The translations under genes were made by a program, and so were the position numbers. A stretch of DNA of 64,000 nucleotides from Candidatus Tepidifontimicrobium thermophilum (GTDB lineage: Bacteria; Sysuimicrobiota; Sysuimicrobiia; Sysuimicrobiales; Sysuimicrobiaceae), in NCBI GenBank assembly GCA_031459915.1, contig JAVKHO010000003.1:32001-96000 (forward strand), read 5' to 3'. Each line of letters starts with the position of its first letter. Position 1 is the first letter of the stretch. This document shows positions 19,885 through 29,366 of this stretch, piece after piece. The notes beneath the pieces were generated by a model, which saw nothing but the letters and a program-made list of their open reading frames with translations, searched no databases and was not told the origin of the DNA.

Positions 19885-20865
19885 GTGCGAAGGCTCTTGT
19901 GGCTGCTGTTGGCGATCCTGGTGGTGGCCGGGCCCTCCGGCGCGGGTCCGGCCCGGCCCCGCATGGCCATGATCCTGCCGGGGGTGATCCAGGACGCGGA
20001 CTTCAACGCCGTGGGCTACCAGGCCCTCAAGGAGGTGCAATCCACCACGGGGGTGCAGACCGGGCACTCCGAGCAGGTGGCGGTGGCGGACGCGGAGCGG
20101 GTGGCCCGGGAGTACCTGGGCGCGGGCTACAGCATCGTGGCGTTCCACGGCGGCCAGTACCTCACCATCGTGCAGAAGCTGGCGCCCCTGTTCCCGGACG
20201 CCACCTTCATCATGGAGTCCTCCGGGCAGATCCCTAGCCTGCCCGGAAACGTTTGGAACATCGGCCGGAAGTTCTACGAGGGCTTCTACGTGTTGGGGGT
20301 CCTGGGAGCCCTGGCCACCCGCTCCAACAAGATCGGGTACATCGCGGGGATCCGGTTGCCGGACTTCGTTGCGTCGCTGAACGCGGTGTTCCAGGCGGTG
20401 GGCAAGTACAACCCCCGGGCGGAGGTCCTGTACACCTTCGTGGGCGACCAGAACGACCCCGTGAAGGCCCGACAGGCCGCGGAGTCCCAGATCGCCGCGG
20501 GGGTCGACTTCATCGTGATCAGCGTGAATTTGGGCACGGTGGGCGTCATCGAGGCGGCCCGAGCCGCCCGGCGGCCGGTGCTCCTGACCACCTTCTACAC
20601 CGACAAGAGCAGCTACGCGCCCCAGCACTTCACCACCTCCCTGGTGTCCAACTTCGGCAAGCCCTACGTGGAGGTGGTCCGGCAGATCCTCGCGGGCCGA
20701 CGGTCCGGCTACTACGAGATGCGGCCGGGAGCAGGCTTCGGGCTGACCCCGCCGAGGAACGTGCCGCCGGAGGTGTCCCGTCGGGTCCAGGAGGTGTGGC
20801 GGGCGGTGGTGCTGCGCCAGGAGCGCATCGAGGAGGTGACCGACCGCATCGTGGAGCGCCGCTAG
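19885..20865 (+). CDS. BMP-family ABC substrate-binding protein
   Basis: AAGGAGG SD then GTG; signal peptide; PG.IQDADFN, HGGQY, YVLG.LGAL.T.SNKIG. Confidence 0.88.
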   Translation: MRRLLWLLLAILVVAGPSGAGPARPRMAMILPGVIQDADFNAVGYQALKEVQSTTGVQTGHSEQVAVADAERVAREYLGAGYSIVAFHGGQYLTIVQKLAPLFPDATFIMESSGQIPSLPGNVWNIGRKFYEGFYVLGVLGALATRSNKIGYIAGIRLPDFVASLNAVFQAVGKYNPRAEVLYTFVGDQNDPVKARQAAESQIAAGVDFIVISVNLGTVGVIEAARAARRPVLLTTFYTDKSSYAPQHFTTSLVSNFGKPYVEVVRQILAGRRSGYYEMRPGAGFGLTPPRNVPPEVSRRVQEVWRAVVLRQERIEEVTDRIVERR

Positions 20866-20956
20866 CGGCCGGCCCGCGGATCCAGACCGCGGAGGTGGTA
20901 CGCTCACGGGAGAGGGCGTGGCCTCTAAGGTTGCGCCAGCGGAAGGGAGAAGCGCG

Positions 20957-22696
20957 ATGGCGGAGAGGAAGGCGCCGGGCCAGGTAAGCTGCCCGCGGTG
21001 CGGGAACTCGGTGGACGAGTCGGTGCTGGCGGCTTCCTGGTACGTGTGCCCGAACTGCCACGCCCACCTGCCCATGCCGGCTTCCCTGCGGGTGACGCAA
21101 CTGGCGGACGCTCGGTCCTTCCGGGAGTGGGACCGGGGCCTGACTTCGGTGGACCCCCTGCGTTTCGCGGACCAGAAGCCGTACCGGGAACGTCTGGCGG
21201 AAGCGCGGCACCTGACGGGCCTGCGGGAGGCGGTGGTGACCGGCCAGGCGTCCCTGGACGGCCGGCCCTTCGTGCTCGTCGCCTTCGACTTCCGGTTCCT
21301 GGGAGGCACCATGGGGTCCGCGGTGGGTGAGAAGGTGGCGCGGGCCTTCGAGCGGGCCACCCGGAAGCGGCTTCCGGTGATCGCGGTGACCGCTTCGGGG
21401 GGGGCGCGGATGCAGGAGGGGATGCTGTCCCTGTTGCAGATGGCGAAGACCTCGGCGGCCGCGGGGCAGCACCACTCCGCGGGGCTCCCGTACATCGCGG
21501 TGCTGACGAACCCCACGTTCGGCGGGGTGGCCGCGTCCTTCGGGGTGCGGGCGGACGTGCTGGTGGCGGAGCCGGAGGCCCTGGTGGGGTTCGTGGGTCC
21601 GCGGGTGGTGGAAATGACCACCGGCGAGCCGGCGCCGGAGGAGGCCTACCGGGCCGAGACGCTCCTGCAGCACGGGCTGGTGGACATGGTGGTCCCGCGC
21701 GGACAGCAGCGGCGGGTGCTGAGCTACCTGCTGCGGCACCTGCGCCCCGCCCCGGCGGGCCGCGCTGCCCGGCCGCAGCTGCCTCCCCTGCCGGAAGCCG
21801 CGCACCTGTCCGCCTGGGAGACCGTGCAGCTGGCGCGCCGCGTGGGCAGGCCCACGTCGGTGGACTACCTGTCGCGGGTGTTTGACGGGTTCGTGGAACT
21901 GCACGGGGATCGAGCTTCCGGGGACGACCCTGCGGTGGTGACAGGGCTGGCGGAGCTGGCGGGCCAGACGGTGTTCGTGGTGGCCCAGGAGCGGGGGCGG
22001 ACGGAAGACGAGCAGGCGCGACGTCGGCGGGGGATGGCCCTCCCCGAGGGCTTCCGGAAGGCCTGCCGAGTCATGCGGCTGGCGAGCAAGTTCCAGCTAC
22101 CCCTGGTGACGCTGGTGGACACGCCGGGGGCGTACCCAGGGCCGGAGTCGGAGCGGCGGGGGATCGCGGTGGCCATCGCGGAGTGTCTAGCCACCATGGT
22201 GGCGCTGCCGGTCCCCACGGTGGCGGTGGTGATCGGGGAAGGGGGCAGCGGCGGAGCCCTGGCCCTGGCCACCGCGGATCGGGTGCTGATGCTGGAGCAC
22301 GCCATCTACTCCGTCATCTCCCCGGAGGGAGCGGCGGCCATCCTGTACCGGAACGCCGGCCGCGCGCCGGAGGTGGCGGAGGCGTTGCGGCTGACGTCCT
22401 CGGATCTGAAGCGCCTGGGGGTGGTGGATCGGGTAGTGCCGGAGCCTCCGGGGGGCGCCCACACGGACCCCCAGAAGGCCGCGGAGCTGCTGCGGGATCA
22501 CTTGGTGGACGCCCTGCGGGAGGTCCAGGGGCATCCCCTGAGGCGGCTCCTGCGGGAGCGCTACCGCCGGTACCGGCACATCGGGAAGGTGGGGGCGTAC
22601 TGGAAGGTGGTGCTGCAGGAGGAACTGGAGGACCTCCGGGAGGGCGTGGCGCGGCGGCTTCGCCGGCCCGCTCCGAAAGTCCCGGAAGCGCCTTGA
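20957..22696 (+). CDS. accD: Fused acyl-CoA carboxylase carboxyltransferase beta+alpha (AccD-AccA)
   Basis: Zn finger CPRC...CPNC, FLGGTMG..VGEK, SGGARMQEG, then ELHGDR..GDD, VDTPGAYPG, GEGGSGGALA, YSVISPEG. Confidence 0.9.
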   Translation: MAERKAPGQVSCPRCGNSVDESVLAASWYVCPNCHAHLPMPASLRVTQLADARSFREWDRGLTSVDPLRFADQKPYRERLAEARHLTGLREAVVTGQASLDGRPFVLVAFDFRFLGGTMGSAVGEKVARAFERATRKRLPVIAVTASGGARMQEGMLSLLQMAKTSAAAGQHHSAGLPYIAVLTNPTFGGVAASFGVRADVLVAEPEALVGFVGPRVVEMTTGEPAPEEAYRAETLLQHGLVDMVVPRGQQRRVLSYLLRHLRPAPAGRAARPQLPPLPEAAHLSAWETVQLARRVGRPTSVDYLSRVFDGFVELHGDRASGDDPAVVTGLAELAGQTVFVVAQERGRTEDEQARRRRGMALPEGFRKACRVMRLASKFQLPLVTLVDTPGAYPGPESERRGIAVAIAECLATMVALPVPTVAVVIGEGGSGGALALATADRVLMLEHAIYSVISPEGAAAILYRNAGRAPEVAEALRLTSSDLKRLGVVDRVVPEPPGGAHTDPQKAAELLRDHLVDALREVQGHPLRRLLRERYRRYRHIGKVGAYWKVVLQEELEDLREGVARRLRRPAPKVPEAP

Positions 22697-22762
22697 GCCG
22701 CAGGAGGACGTGGCTCCAACGGCGTACAGGAAATCCCATCCCAGGCTGTGGAGGTGAGGCAC

Positions 22763-23599
22763 ATGGCCTTCGACCTGTTTGACCTGCGGGGCTGCCGGGT
22801 GCTGGACCTCTCCCAGAACTTCAGCATGGACTCCCCGCCCTTCGCGTACTACGACGGGCCCACCATCAAGTGGGTGAAGAAGATCGCCTTCGAGGGGGTG
22901 AACGCCCAGCACATCTCCACCACCAACCACATCGCCACCCACCTGGACTCCCCCCTGCACTTCTACGACCCCGGCCCGGACATCTCCGGGATCCCCATCG
23001 ACCGGCTCGTGGGACCCGCGTGCATCGTGGACCTCCAGCAGTTCGGGATCGGGGACTACGACGTGTACGGTCCGCAGCACTTCGAGGAGTGGGAGCGGCG
23101 CACCGGTATCCGCATCGAACCCGACGACATCCTGGTGATCCACACCGGCTACCACGCCTACTACAACGAGGACTGGTCCCCCCACACGAAGGAGCACCAC
23201 CCGGACGCGGCGCCGGATCTCCCGCGGTCCTTCCTCAAGCATCCCGGACCGCGGGCGGAGTTCTGCGAGTGGGTCCTGGACCGGAAGATCCGCTGGCTGG
23301 CGGTGGACGCCATCTCCACCGACCACCCCTTCAACACCAAGGTCCGGGAGGCGCGCCGGGACCTGATCCCCGAGGTGGAGCGCAAGATCGGCATGTCCCT
23401 GGACGAGGCATTCCCCTGGCCGCGGGACTACCAGGCCACCCACACGAAGCTGTTCCCCCGGGGGGTGTTCCACGTGGAAAACGTCGGCGGCGAGATCGAC
23501 CTCGTGCTGAATCGCCGGGTGTGGGTCGGCGCCTTCCCCTTCCGGTTCAAGGGCGGGGAGGCGGCGTTCTGCCGCTTCGTGGCCTTCGTGCGGGAGTGA
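22763..23599 (+). CDS. Cyclase family (kynurenine formamidase-like) metal-dependent hydrolase
   Basis: DLSQ, HIATHLDSPLH (HxGTHxDxPxH-like), IHTG, VDAISTDHP, HVEN. Confidence 0.88.
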   Translation: MAFDLFDLRGCRVLDLSQNFSMDSPPFAYYDGPTIKWVKKIAFEGVNAQHISTTNHIATHLDSPLHFYDPGPDISGIPIDRLVGPACIVDLQQFGIGDYDVYGPQHFEEWERRTGIRIEPDDILVIHTGYHAYYNEDWSPHTKEHHPDAAPDLPRSFLKHPGPRAEFCEWVLDRKIRWLAVDAISTDHPFNTKVREARRDLIPEVERKIGMSLDEAFPWPRDYQATHTKLFPRGVFHVENVGGEIDLVLNRRVWVGAFPFRFKGGEAAFCRFVAFVRE

Positions 23600-23600
23600 C

Positions 23601-24794
23601 GTGCAACCCCTGGAGGACGTCCTGGTGGTGGACCTGACCCGGGCGCTGGCGGGGCCGTACTGCACCATGATGCTGGCGGACCTGGGCGCCCGGGTGATCA
23701 AGGTGGAGGCCCCGGAGGGCGGGGACGACACCCGCGGCTGGGGTCCGCCCTTCCTCGAGGGCGAGAGCGCGTACTTCATGAGCGTCAACCGCAACAAGGA
23801 GTCGGTGGCGCTGAACCTCAAGCACCCCCGCGGGGTGGAGGTGCTGCACCGGTTGCTGGAGCGGGCCGACGTGCTGGTGGAGAACTTCCGGCCGGGGGTG
23901 ATGGAGCGCCTGGGGTTGGACTACCCTCGGGTGCATGACCGGTACCCGCGCTTGGTGTACTGCTCCATCTCCGGATTCGGGCAGACCGGACCCTACCGGG
24001 AAAAGCCCGCCTACGACCTCATCCTGCAGGGGATGGGCGGGATCATGGGGATCACCGGCGAGGAGGACGGCCCGCCGGTGAAGGTCGGCGTGGCGGTGGC
24101 GGACATCTGCGCGGGCATGTTCGCGGCGTTCGGGATCCTGGCGGCCCTGCGGGTACGGGACCGCACGGGCAGGGGCCAGTGGGTGGACGCATCCCTGCTG
24201 GACGGACAGGTGGCGTGGCTCACCTACGCCGCCGCCAACTACTTCGCCACGGGGAAGGACCCTGTGCGGATGGGGTCCGCGCACCCGAACCTGTGCCCGT
24301 ATCAGGCGTTCCAGACGCAGGACGGATACCTCAACGTGGCGGTGGGAAGTGAGGCGATCTGGAAGCGGTTCTGCGAGGTCGTAGATCCGCGGCTGGCGGA
24401 CGACGAGCGTTTCCGTACCAACGCCGAGCGGGTCCGTCACCGCAACGAGCTGGTCCCGCTGCTGCAGGCGCGCTTCCGGCAGCGCCCCACCCAGGAGTGG
24501 GTTCAGATCCTGGAAGCGGCGGGCGTTCCCTGCGGCCCGATCTACACCGTCTCCCAGGTGTTCCAGGACCCGCAGACCCTGCACCGGCAGATGCGGGTGG
24601 AGCTGGACCACCCGAAGGCGGGGCGCGTCGTGGTCACGGGGGTGCCGGTCAAGTTCTCGGAGACCCCGGGGTCGGTGCGTACCCCGCCGCCGCTGCTGGG
24701 CCAGCACACACGGCCCGTCCTGCGGGAGCTGGGCTACAGCGACGAGGAGGTGGACCAGCTCCGGCGCGTCGGCGCGGTGGGTGTAGGCTCCTGA
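23601..24794 (+). CDS. Family III (CaiB/BaiF) CoA-transferase
   Basis: DLTRALAGPYCT..LADLGA.VIKVE, NRNKES, ENFRPG, catalytic Asp in VADICAG, PPLLGQHT. Confidence 0.93.
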   Translation: MQPLEDVLVVDLTRALAGPYCTMMLADLGARVIKVEAPEGGDDTRGWGPPFLEGESAYFMSVNRNKESVALNLKHPRGVEVLHRLLERADVLVENFRPGVMERLGLDYPRVHDRYPRLVYCSISGFGQTGPYREKPAYDLILQGMGGIMGITGEEDGPPVKVGVAVADICAGMFAAFGILAALRVRDRTGRGQWVDASLLDGQVAWLTYAAANYFATGKDPVRMGSAHPNLCPYQAFQTQDGYLNVAVGSEAIWKRFCEVVDPRLADDERFRTNAERVRHRNELVPLLQARFRQRPTQEWVQILEAAGVPCGPIYTVSQVFQDPQTLHRQMRVELDHPKAGRVVVTGVPVKFSETPGSVRTPPPLLGQHTRPVLRELGYSDEEVDQLRRVGAVGVGS

Positions 24795-24801
24795 GAGGGG
24801 C

Positions 24802-25734
24802 TCAGTCGGGCGCGGGCCAGCGGGGCCCGGCCCCCCGCAAGCCTTCCCAGTTCGTCCACAGCACAGCGGCCAGGATGAACGTGGCACCCGCGGCCTGCAG
24901 TGCCGTCAGGCGTTCCTGCAGGAGCAGGTGGGCGCTCAGGGCGGCCACTACCGGCTCCCACGTGGCCAGAAGGCTGGCCCGGGCGGGGGCCACCGCCCGT
25001 AACCCGTACAGGAACAGCCCGAAGGGCAGTACGGTGGCCAGCACCGCCAGGTGCAGGAAGCGTAGCCACTGGGTGGCGGTGTACGGCCGCAGCCAGGCCT
25101 CCCACGGAGGAACCACCAGGCTCCAGGCCACAGCGCCCGCCGCCAGCGCCAGGGCCAACACGCCCCAAGAGTCCGAATGGAGTACCTCGCGCCGGGCCAG
25201 CACCGTGTACGCGGCGAACAGCACCGCGGAGGCCAGGCCCCACCCCAGCCCCGCGGGCGTGACCAGGAGGCCTCGAGGACCCGCCACCAGCAGGAAGGCC
25301 CCGGACAGGGCTAGGGCCACCGTGGCGGTCCGCGAGGGAGTCATGGGGTCCCCCTCCGCTAGCCGCGCCCAGACCACCAGCAGCACGGGCGCCAGGTACT
25401 GCAGGAAGATGGCCGTGGCCACGTCCGCGGAGGCTATGGCGGCGTAGTACGCGAACTGGGTTCCGCTCAGGCACACGCCCAGCAGGCCCACCCGCCAGCG
25501 GCGCGCCCAGGCGTCCCGCAGGCCCCCCGGGCGGAGGGATCCCGCGTACAGCACGGCCACCGCGGCCGCACCCCAGAGGCGGATGGCTACCAGGGTGTGG
25601 GGGGCGACCTGCTCCGCGAACAGGGTCTTGGCCACAGCACCCGAAACGCCCCAAAGGCTGGCCGCCAGCAACACCGCGGCGTAGCCGGCGGCCCTGGAGG
25701 GAGCGGCCCGGCCCGTGAGGCTCATGGTGTACAC
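24802..25734 (-). CDS. EamA/DMT family transporter
   Basis: About 10 TMs, LWGVSG, ATAIFLQYLAP, EPVVAA; start may be ATG 25725. Confidence 0.88.
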   Translation of the reverse strand: MYTMSLTGRAAPSRAAGYAAVLLAASLWGVSGAVAKTLFAEQVAPHTLVAIRLWGAAAVAVLYAGSLRPGGLRDAWARRWRVGLLGVCLSGTQFAYYAAIASADVATAIFLQYLAPVLLVVWARLAEGDPMTPSRTATVALALSGAFLLVAGPRGLLVTPAGLGWGLASAVLFAAYTVLARREVLHSDSWGVLALALAAGAVAWSLVVPPWEAWLRPYTATQWLRFLHLAVLATVLPFGLFLYGLRAVAPARASLLATWEPVVAALSAHLLLQERLTALQAAGATFILAAVLWTNWEGLRGAGPRWPAPD

Positions 25735-25742
25735 TGGCGGCG

Positions 25743-26366
25743 ATGCTGCAGCGTCTGATCCCCCGCCGGTGGTTTGACCGCTTCGAGCGCTGGTGGGCCC
25801 GTCGGTACGGGGTGTTCGACTACGCGCCCGGCAGCGTGCTGCGGTTGCAGCTGCACCCTTACACGGGGCCTGAGCTGGAGCTTTCGGACGGCACGGTAGT
25901 GCGCCCGGGGGACCCGGTGGCGGAGGTGCATGTGGACAGTGCGCAGGTGGCGCGGCTTCACCAGGAGGCGGGGGATCCCCGCCGGGTGGGGCTGCAGTTC
26001 GCGCGACGGCTGACGGACGCCTTCACCGCCCTGGCCGCGTACTTCCGGGACAACCCGCACGTGGCCGCGGTGGCGGTGTTCGGCAACACCCTGTACTGGC
26101 AGGGCGCCGAACGGCTGGGGTGGGAGGTCCGTGACCTTACGCCGGGGTTCCACCGCTGGTTCCTCAACGTGTGGCTGCGCTTCCTGGTATGGTACTACCA
26201 CCCCCTGGGGACGCGGCGGACCGCGGGTCGGGCCCGCCTGGCTCGGGTGCGCCAGATCTGGATGTCCCGGAGCCGGCTACTCCAGCTGTACGGGTCTGCC
26301 CGCCGGGCCGGCTCCGTGGCCCGCCCTGAGCAGCTCGTCCAGGGAGACCGGTTCCAGGCCCCGTGA
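25743..26366 (+). CDS. YkoP-like protein
   Basis: Y.G....LSDGT.V..GD.V.E.H, GAERLG.E, HP.G pattern as recalled for YkoP; adjacent to deacetylase and glycosyltransferase. Confidence 0.7.
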   Translation: MLQRLIPRRWFDRFERWWARRYGVFDYAPGSVLRLQLHPYTGPELELSDGTVVRPGDPVAEVHVDSAQVARLHQEAGDPRRVGLQFARRLTDAFTALAAYFRDNPHVAAVAVFGNTLYWQGAERLGWEVRDLTPGFHRWFLNVWLRFLVWYYHPLGTRRTAGRARLARVRQIWMSRSRLLQLYGSARRAGSVARPEQLVQGDRFQAP

Positions 26367-27002
26367 GCGCAACCCCTCCACCATGCGGGGTAGGGCTTCC
26401 AGGACGCGCTGCGGAGTGTCCGGGAACCCCCCCCGGTCGTGAAGGTTCACTACGGCCCCGGGGTGAGCCCGCCGGACCACCTCCCGTGCCATCTGCTCCG
26501 CGGCGGGTTTCCACCGATACCCCTCACCGCGCACGGTCCACAGGACCGCCACGAGCCCCAGGCGGCGGCAGGCCGCGAGCGCCGTTAGGTTGAAAGCGCC
26601 CCACGGCGGCCGGAAGTAAATCGGCCGCACGCCCGTGGCTTGCTGCACGGCCCGGACTCCTTCGGCCACCTCGCGCCAGGTGGCGCGAGGTCCCAGCGTC
26701 CACAGGTGGCCGTGGCTGAAGGTGTGGCTGCCCAGGGAGTGGCCTGCCCGAGCGACCTCGCGGGCGACGTCCGGCAACTCCAGGGCGTAGCGGCCGACGA
26801 AGAAGAAGGTGGCCCGCACCCGGTAGCGGGCCAGCACGTCCACAATGCGTAGGGTGTACTCGGGGTGGGGCCCGTCGTCGAAGGTGAGCGCCACCTGGGA
26901 CCGCCCAGGACCGCGTCGCACCGCAAACCCGGCCCTCGCCACCACCTGGGCACCCAGTGTGTACCCCACCCCCGCGGCGGCCAACACCGCCCACGGCCAC
27001 AC
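26277..27002 (-). CDS. Membrane-anchored polysaccharide deacetylase (CE4/NodB)
   Basis: VALTFDDGP, ATFFFVG, GSHTFSH, FRPPWG, LHD; N-terminal TM; AAGGAGG SD before GTG 27002. Confidence 0.92.
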   Translation of the reverse strand: MWPWAVLAAAGVGYTLGAQVVARAGFAVRRGPGRSQVALTFDDGPHPEYTLRIVDVLARYRVRATFFFVGRYALELPDVAREVARAGHSLGSHTFSHGHLWTLGPRATWREVAEGVRAVQQATGVRPIYFRPPWGAFNLTALAACRRLGLVAVLWTVRGEGYRWKPAAEQMAREVVRRAHPGAVVNLHDRGGFPDTPQRVLEALPRMVEGLRSRGLEPVSLDELLRAGHGAGPAGRPVQLE

Positions 27003-27004
27003 GC

Positions 27005-28210
27005 TTACCCCTCCTTGGGCTGCCAGCCACCCCTTGCGCTCTTCCGGCGCAACAGAGGTTCCAAGGAACGGGGCAGCAGCATGAGGTAGTTGACCGCCAC
27101 CAGGAATAGGAACAGTCCTGCGGCGTGGAACGGAGCGGAGGGCCCCACGGCGTCCCACAGGACGCCACCGAGGGCGGTGCCCAGGGCGACCCCCGCGCCC
27201 TCAACGGACATCGCGAGACCCAGGAGGGTGGCGCGCCGGGCAGGGGGCAGCAGGTCCATCAAAAGGGCATTCCACGCGGGCAGCATGGTGGCGTAGCCGA
27301 GCCCCAGGATCGCCACCAGGGGGATCAGGATCCACAGGGACCGGAAGAAGGGGAGGACGAAGAGCACCGCGGCTCCTGCTCCGATGCACATCGGGAGCAC
27401 CTCCAGCCGGTCCAGGCGGTCGATGAGACGGCCCAGGGGGACCAGCAAGAGTACCGTGAGGCCGGGTCCCGCCAGCAGCAGGACGCCGATCCACAGGGGC
27501 GTGAGTTTCAGGACCTCGCGGGCGTAGGGGGACAGGGTGGGTACCAGCATGCCCATAGCCAGAGTCTGCGCCGCCATCCCCGCCACCAGGGGCCACAGAC
27601 GCCCCGCGGTGAGTTCCACGTCGTGAACCGACTCCCGCAGCTCCTGCTGCACGTGACCGCGGGAGCGAGCCTCCAGCCGGCCTGCGAGGGGCAGCGCCGC
27701 CAGCTGGCAGGCCGCCACCAGCCCGAAGGCCGCGGCCGTGTGCACCTCCAGGAGGAAGTTGGCCAGCACGAACCCCAGGCCGGTCCCTACCAGCCAGCTG
27801 GTGAACACCGCGCCCATAGCGCTGCCGCGGCCGCCCTCCTCCGTGGCGTCCGCCACACCGCTCACCACCGCAGGCCAGACGGGGGAGGCTCCCGCCCCGC
27901 CCACCGCCGCCGCCAGCAGCAGCCCCCACACCGCCTCCACCTGAGCAAACAGCAGGGTAGCCAGGAGGGTCAGGGACAGCCCCGCCACCACGGGAAGTCG
28001 CCGACCCCACCGGTCCACCAGCCACCCGGACGGGACCTTCAGGGCCAGCTCCGACAGGTAGTAGACGGAGAGGGTGAGCCCCACCACGGACATTCCGTGC
28101 CCCACGCCGAAGCGCAGGTGGTTGGGCAGGAGGGTGAACAGCAACGCGCCCCGGGCGCACTCCACGAGTCCCACCAGGGCCGCGTGGGCGGTGGCGCGGT
28201 TACCGCGCAC
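27005..28210 (-). CDS. MFS transporter (possible LtaA-like glycolipid flippase)
   Basis: 12 TMs, G.LVDRWGRR motif, ASPVWP, LPAWNA. Confidence 0.85.
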   Translation of the reverse strand: MRGNRATAHAALVGLVECARGALLFTLLPNHLRFGVGHGMSVVGLTLSVYYLSELALKVPSGWLVDRWGRRLPVVAGLSLTLLATLLFAQVEAVWGLLLAAAVGGAGASPVWPAVVSGVADATEEGGRGSAMGAVFTSWLVGTGLGFVLANFLLEVHTAAAFGLVAACQLAALPLAGRLEARSRGHVQQELRESVHDVELTAGRLWPLVAGMAAQTLAMGMLVPTLSPYAREVLKLTPLWIGVLLLAGPGLTVLLLVPLGRLIDRLDRLEVLPMCIGAGAAVLFVLPFFRSLWILIPLVAILGLGYATMLPAWNALLMDLLPPARRATLLGLAMSVEGAGVALGTALGGVLWDAVGPSAPFHAAGLFLFLVAVNYLMLLPRSLEPLLRRKSARGGWQPKEG

Positions 28211-29363
28211 CCCGCAAGGCCTCCGGGAGAAGTTGGGTGATGGCCTCCGCGGCCTCCTCAGCCGCTCGGGGCCTGCGGGCCCGCCGGGCGGCGGCCCGCA
28301 TGGACTCCAGCGCCGCGGGGTCGCTCACCAGCTGCGCCACGACCCGCCGGAGCTCCTCCGGGTCCCGTGCCACCCGTGCCGCTCCGGAGGCCACCAGCAT
28401 CCGCGTGTTCCACTCCTCCTGACCGGGGATGGGACGGTAGATGACCATGGGCAGCTCCCGCACCAACGCCTCGGACACGGTGATCCCGCCCGCCTTGGTG
28501 ACCAGCAGGTCCGCCACCGCCATCCACTCGTGCACGTTGGAGACGAACCCATACACGTGGAAGTCCGGCCGACGCCGGCTCCGCTGCCGCAGACGCGCCA
28601 CCAACGCCTCGTCCCGCCCGCACACGAACACCGCCTGGACCCGCTGCGGGAGTGCCGACAGGACCCGGTGGACGTCCAGGATGCCCCCCAGCATCGCATA
28701 GGCTCCCGCCATCACCAGCACCGTGATCCGGGAAGGGTCTACGCCGAGCCGGCTTGCCACCTGCGCCCGATCCACCGGCTGCGCGAACGCGGGGTCCACG
28801 GGGATCCCCGTGACCCGGATGCGGCCGGGCGGCACCCCACGATCCATCAGTCCCGCGCGGACCTCCTCGGAAGCCACGCAGTACAGGTCCACGTGCGGGT
28901 GGATCCACTGGGAGTGCACCGCGTAGTCGGTCAGCACCACCGCGGAGGGTTGCGACGCCTTCCCCTCACCCTTGAGCTCAGAAAGGGAACCTGCGGGCGT
29001 GGGGTGGACCGAGACCACCACGTGGGGGCAGCGTTGCCGGAGGTACGCCAGGAGCCGGGCCTTCCCCAGGCGGTTGATGAACCGTTGCGTGGTGGAGTCC
29101 GGCCGGATGTTGCCGGTGGCATAGTAGAAGGCGCCCCACAGGCGCGGCGCGTGACGGACGCTGCGGACGTACAGGGATCGGGTGAGCCGGTTCACCGCGG
29201 GGTTCACAAACTGTTCGAAGAAGTCCACCACGTCCACCCGGACCCGAGGCAACACCCGACGCCAAGCGTCCTCGAGGACCTCCGCCACCCGCTGGTGTCC
29301 GCCCCCATAGGAGGCGGAGAGCACCAGGAAGGAGGGTGCCTCGGAGCAAGGGGCGCGATCCAT
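28200..29363 (-). CDS. MGDG synthase/UgtP-YpfP family glycosyltransferase (GT28)
   Basis: SASYGGGH, VLTDY..H..W, TGIPVDP.F, DLLVTKAGGITVSEAL, PIPGQEE.N. Confidence 0.92.
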   Translation of the reverse strand: MDRAPCSEAPSFLVLSASYGGGHQRVAEVLEDAWRRVLPRVRVDVVDFFEQFVNPAVNRLTRSLYVRSVRHAPRLWGAFYYATGNIRPDSTTQRFINRLGKARLLAYLRQRCPHVVVSVHPTPAGSLSELKGEGKASQPSAVVLTDYAVHSQWIHPHVDLYCVASEEVRAGLMDRGVPPGRIRVTGIPVDPAFAQPVDRAQVASRLGVDPSRITVLVMAGAYAMLGGILDVHRVLSALPQRVQAVFVCGRDEALVARLRQRSRRRPDFHVYGFVSNVHEWMAVADLLVTKAGGITVSEALVRELPMVIYRPIPGQEEWNTRMLVASGAARVARDPEELRRVVAQLVSDPAALESMRAAARRARRPRAAEEAAEAITQLLPEALRGAR

Positions 29364-29366
29364 GGC

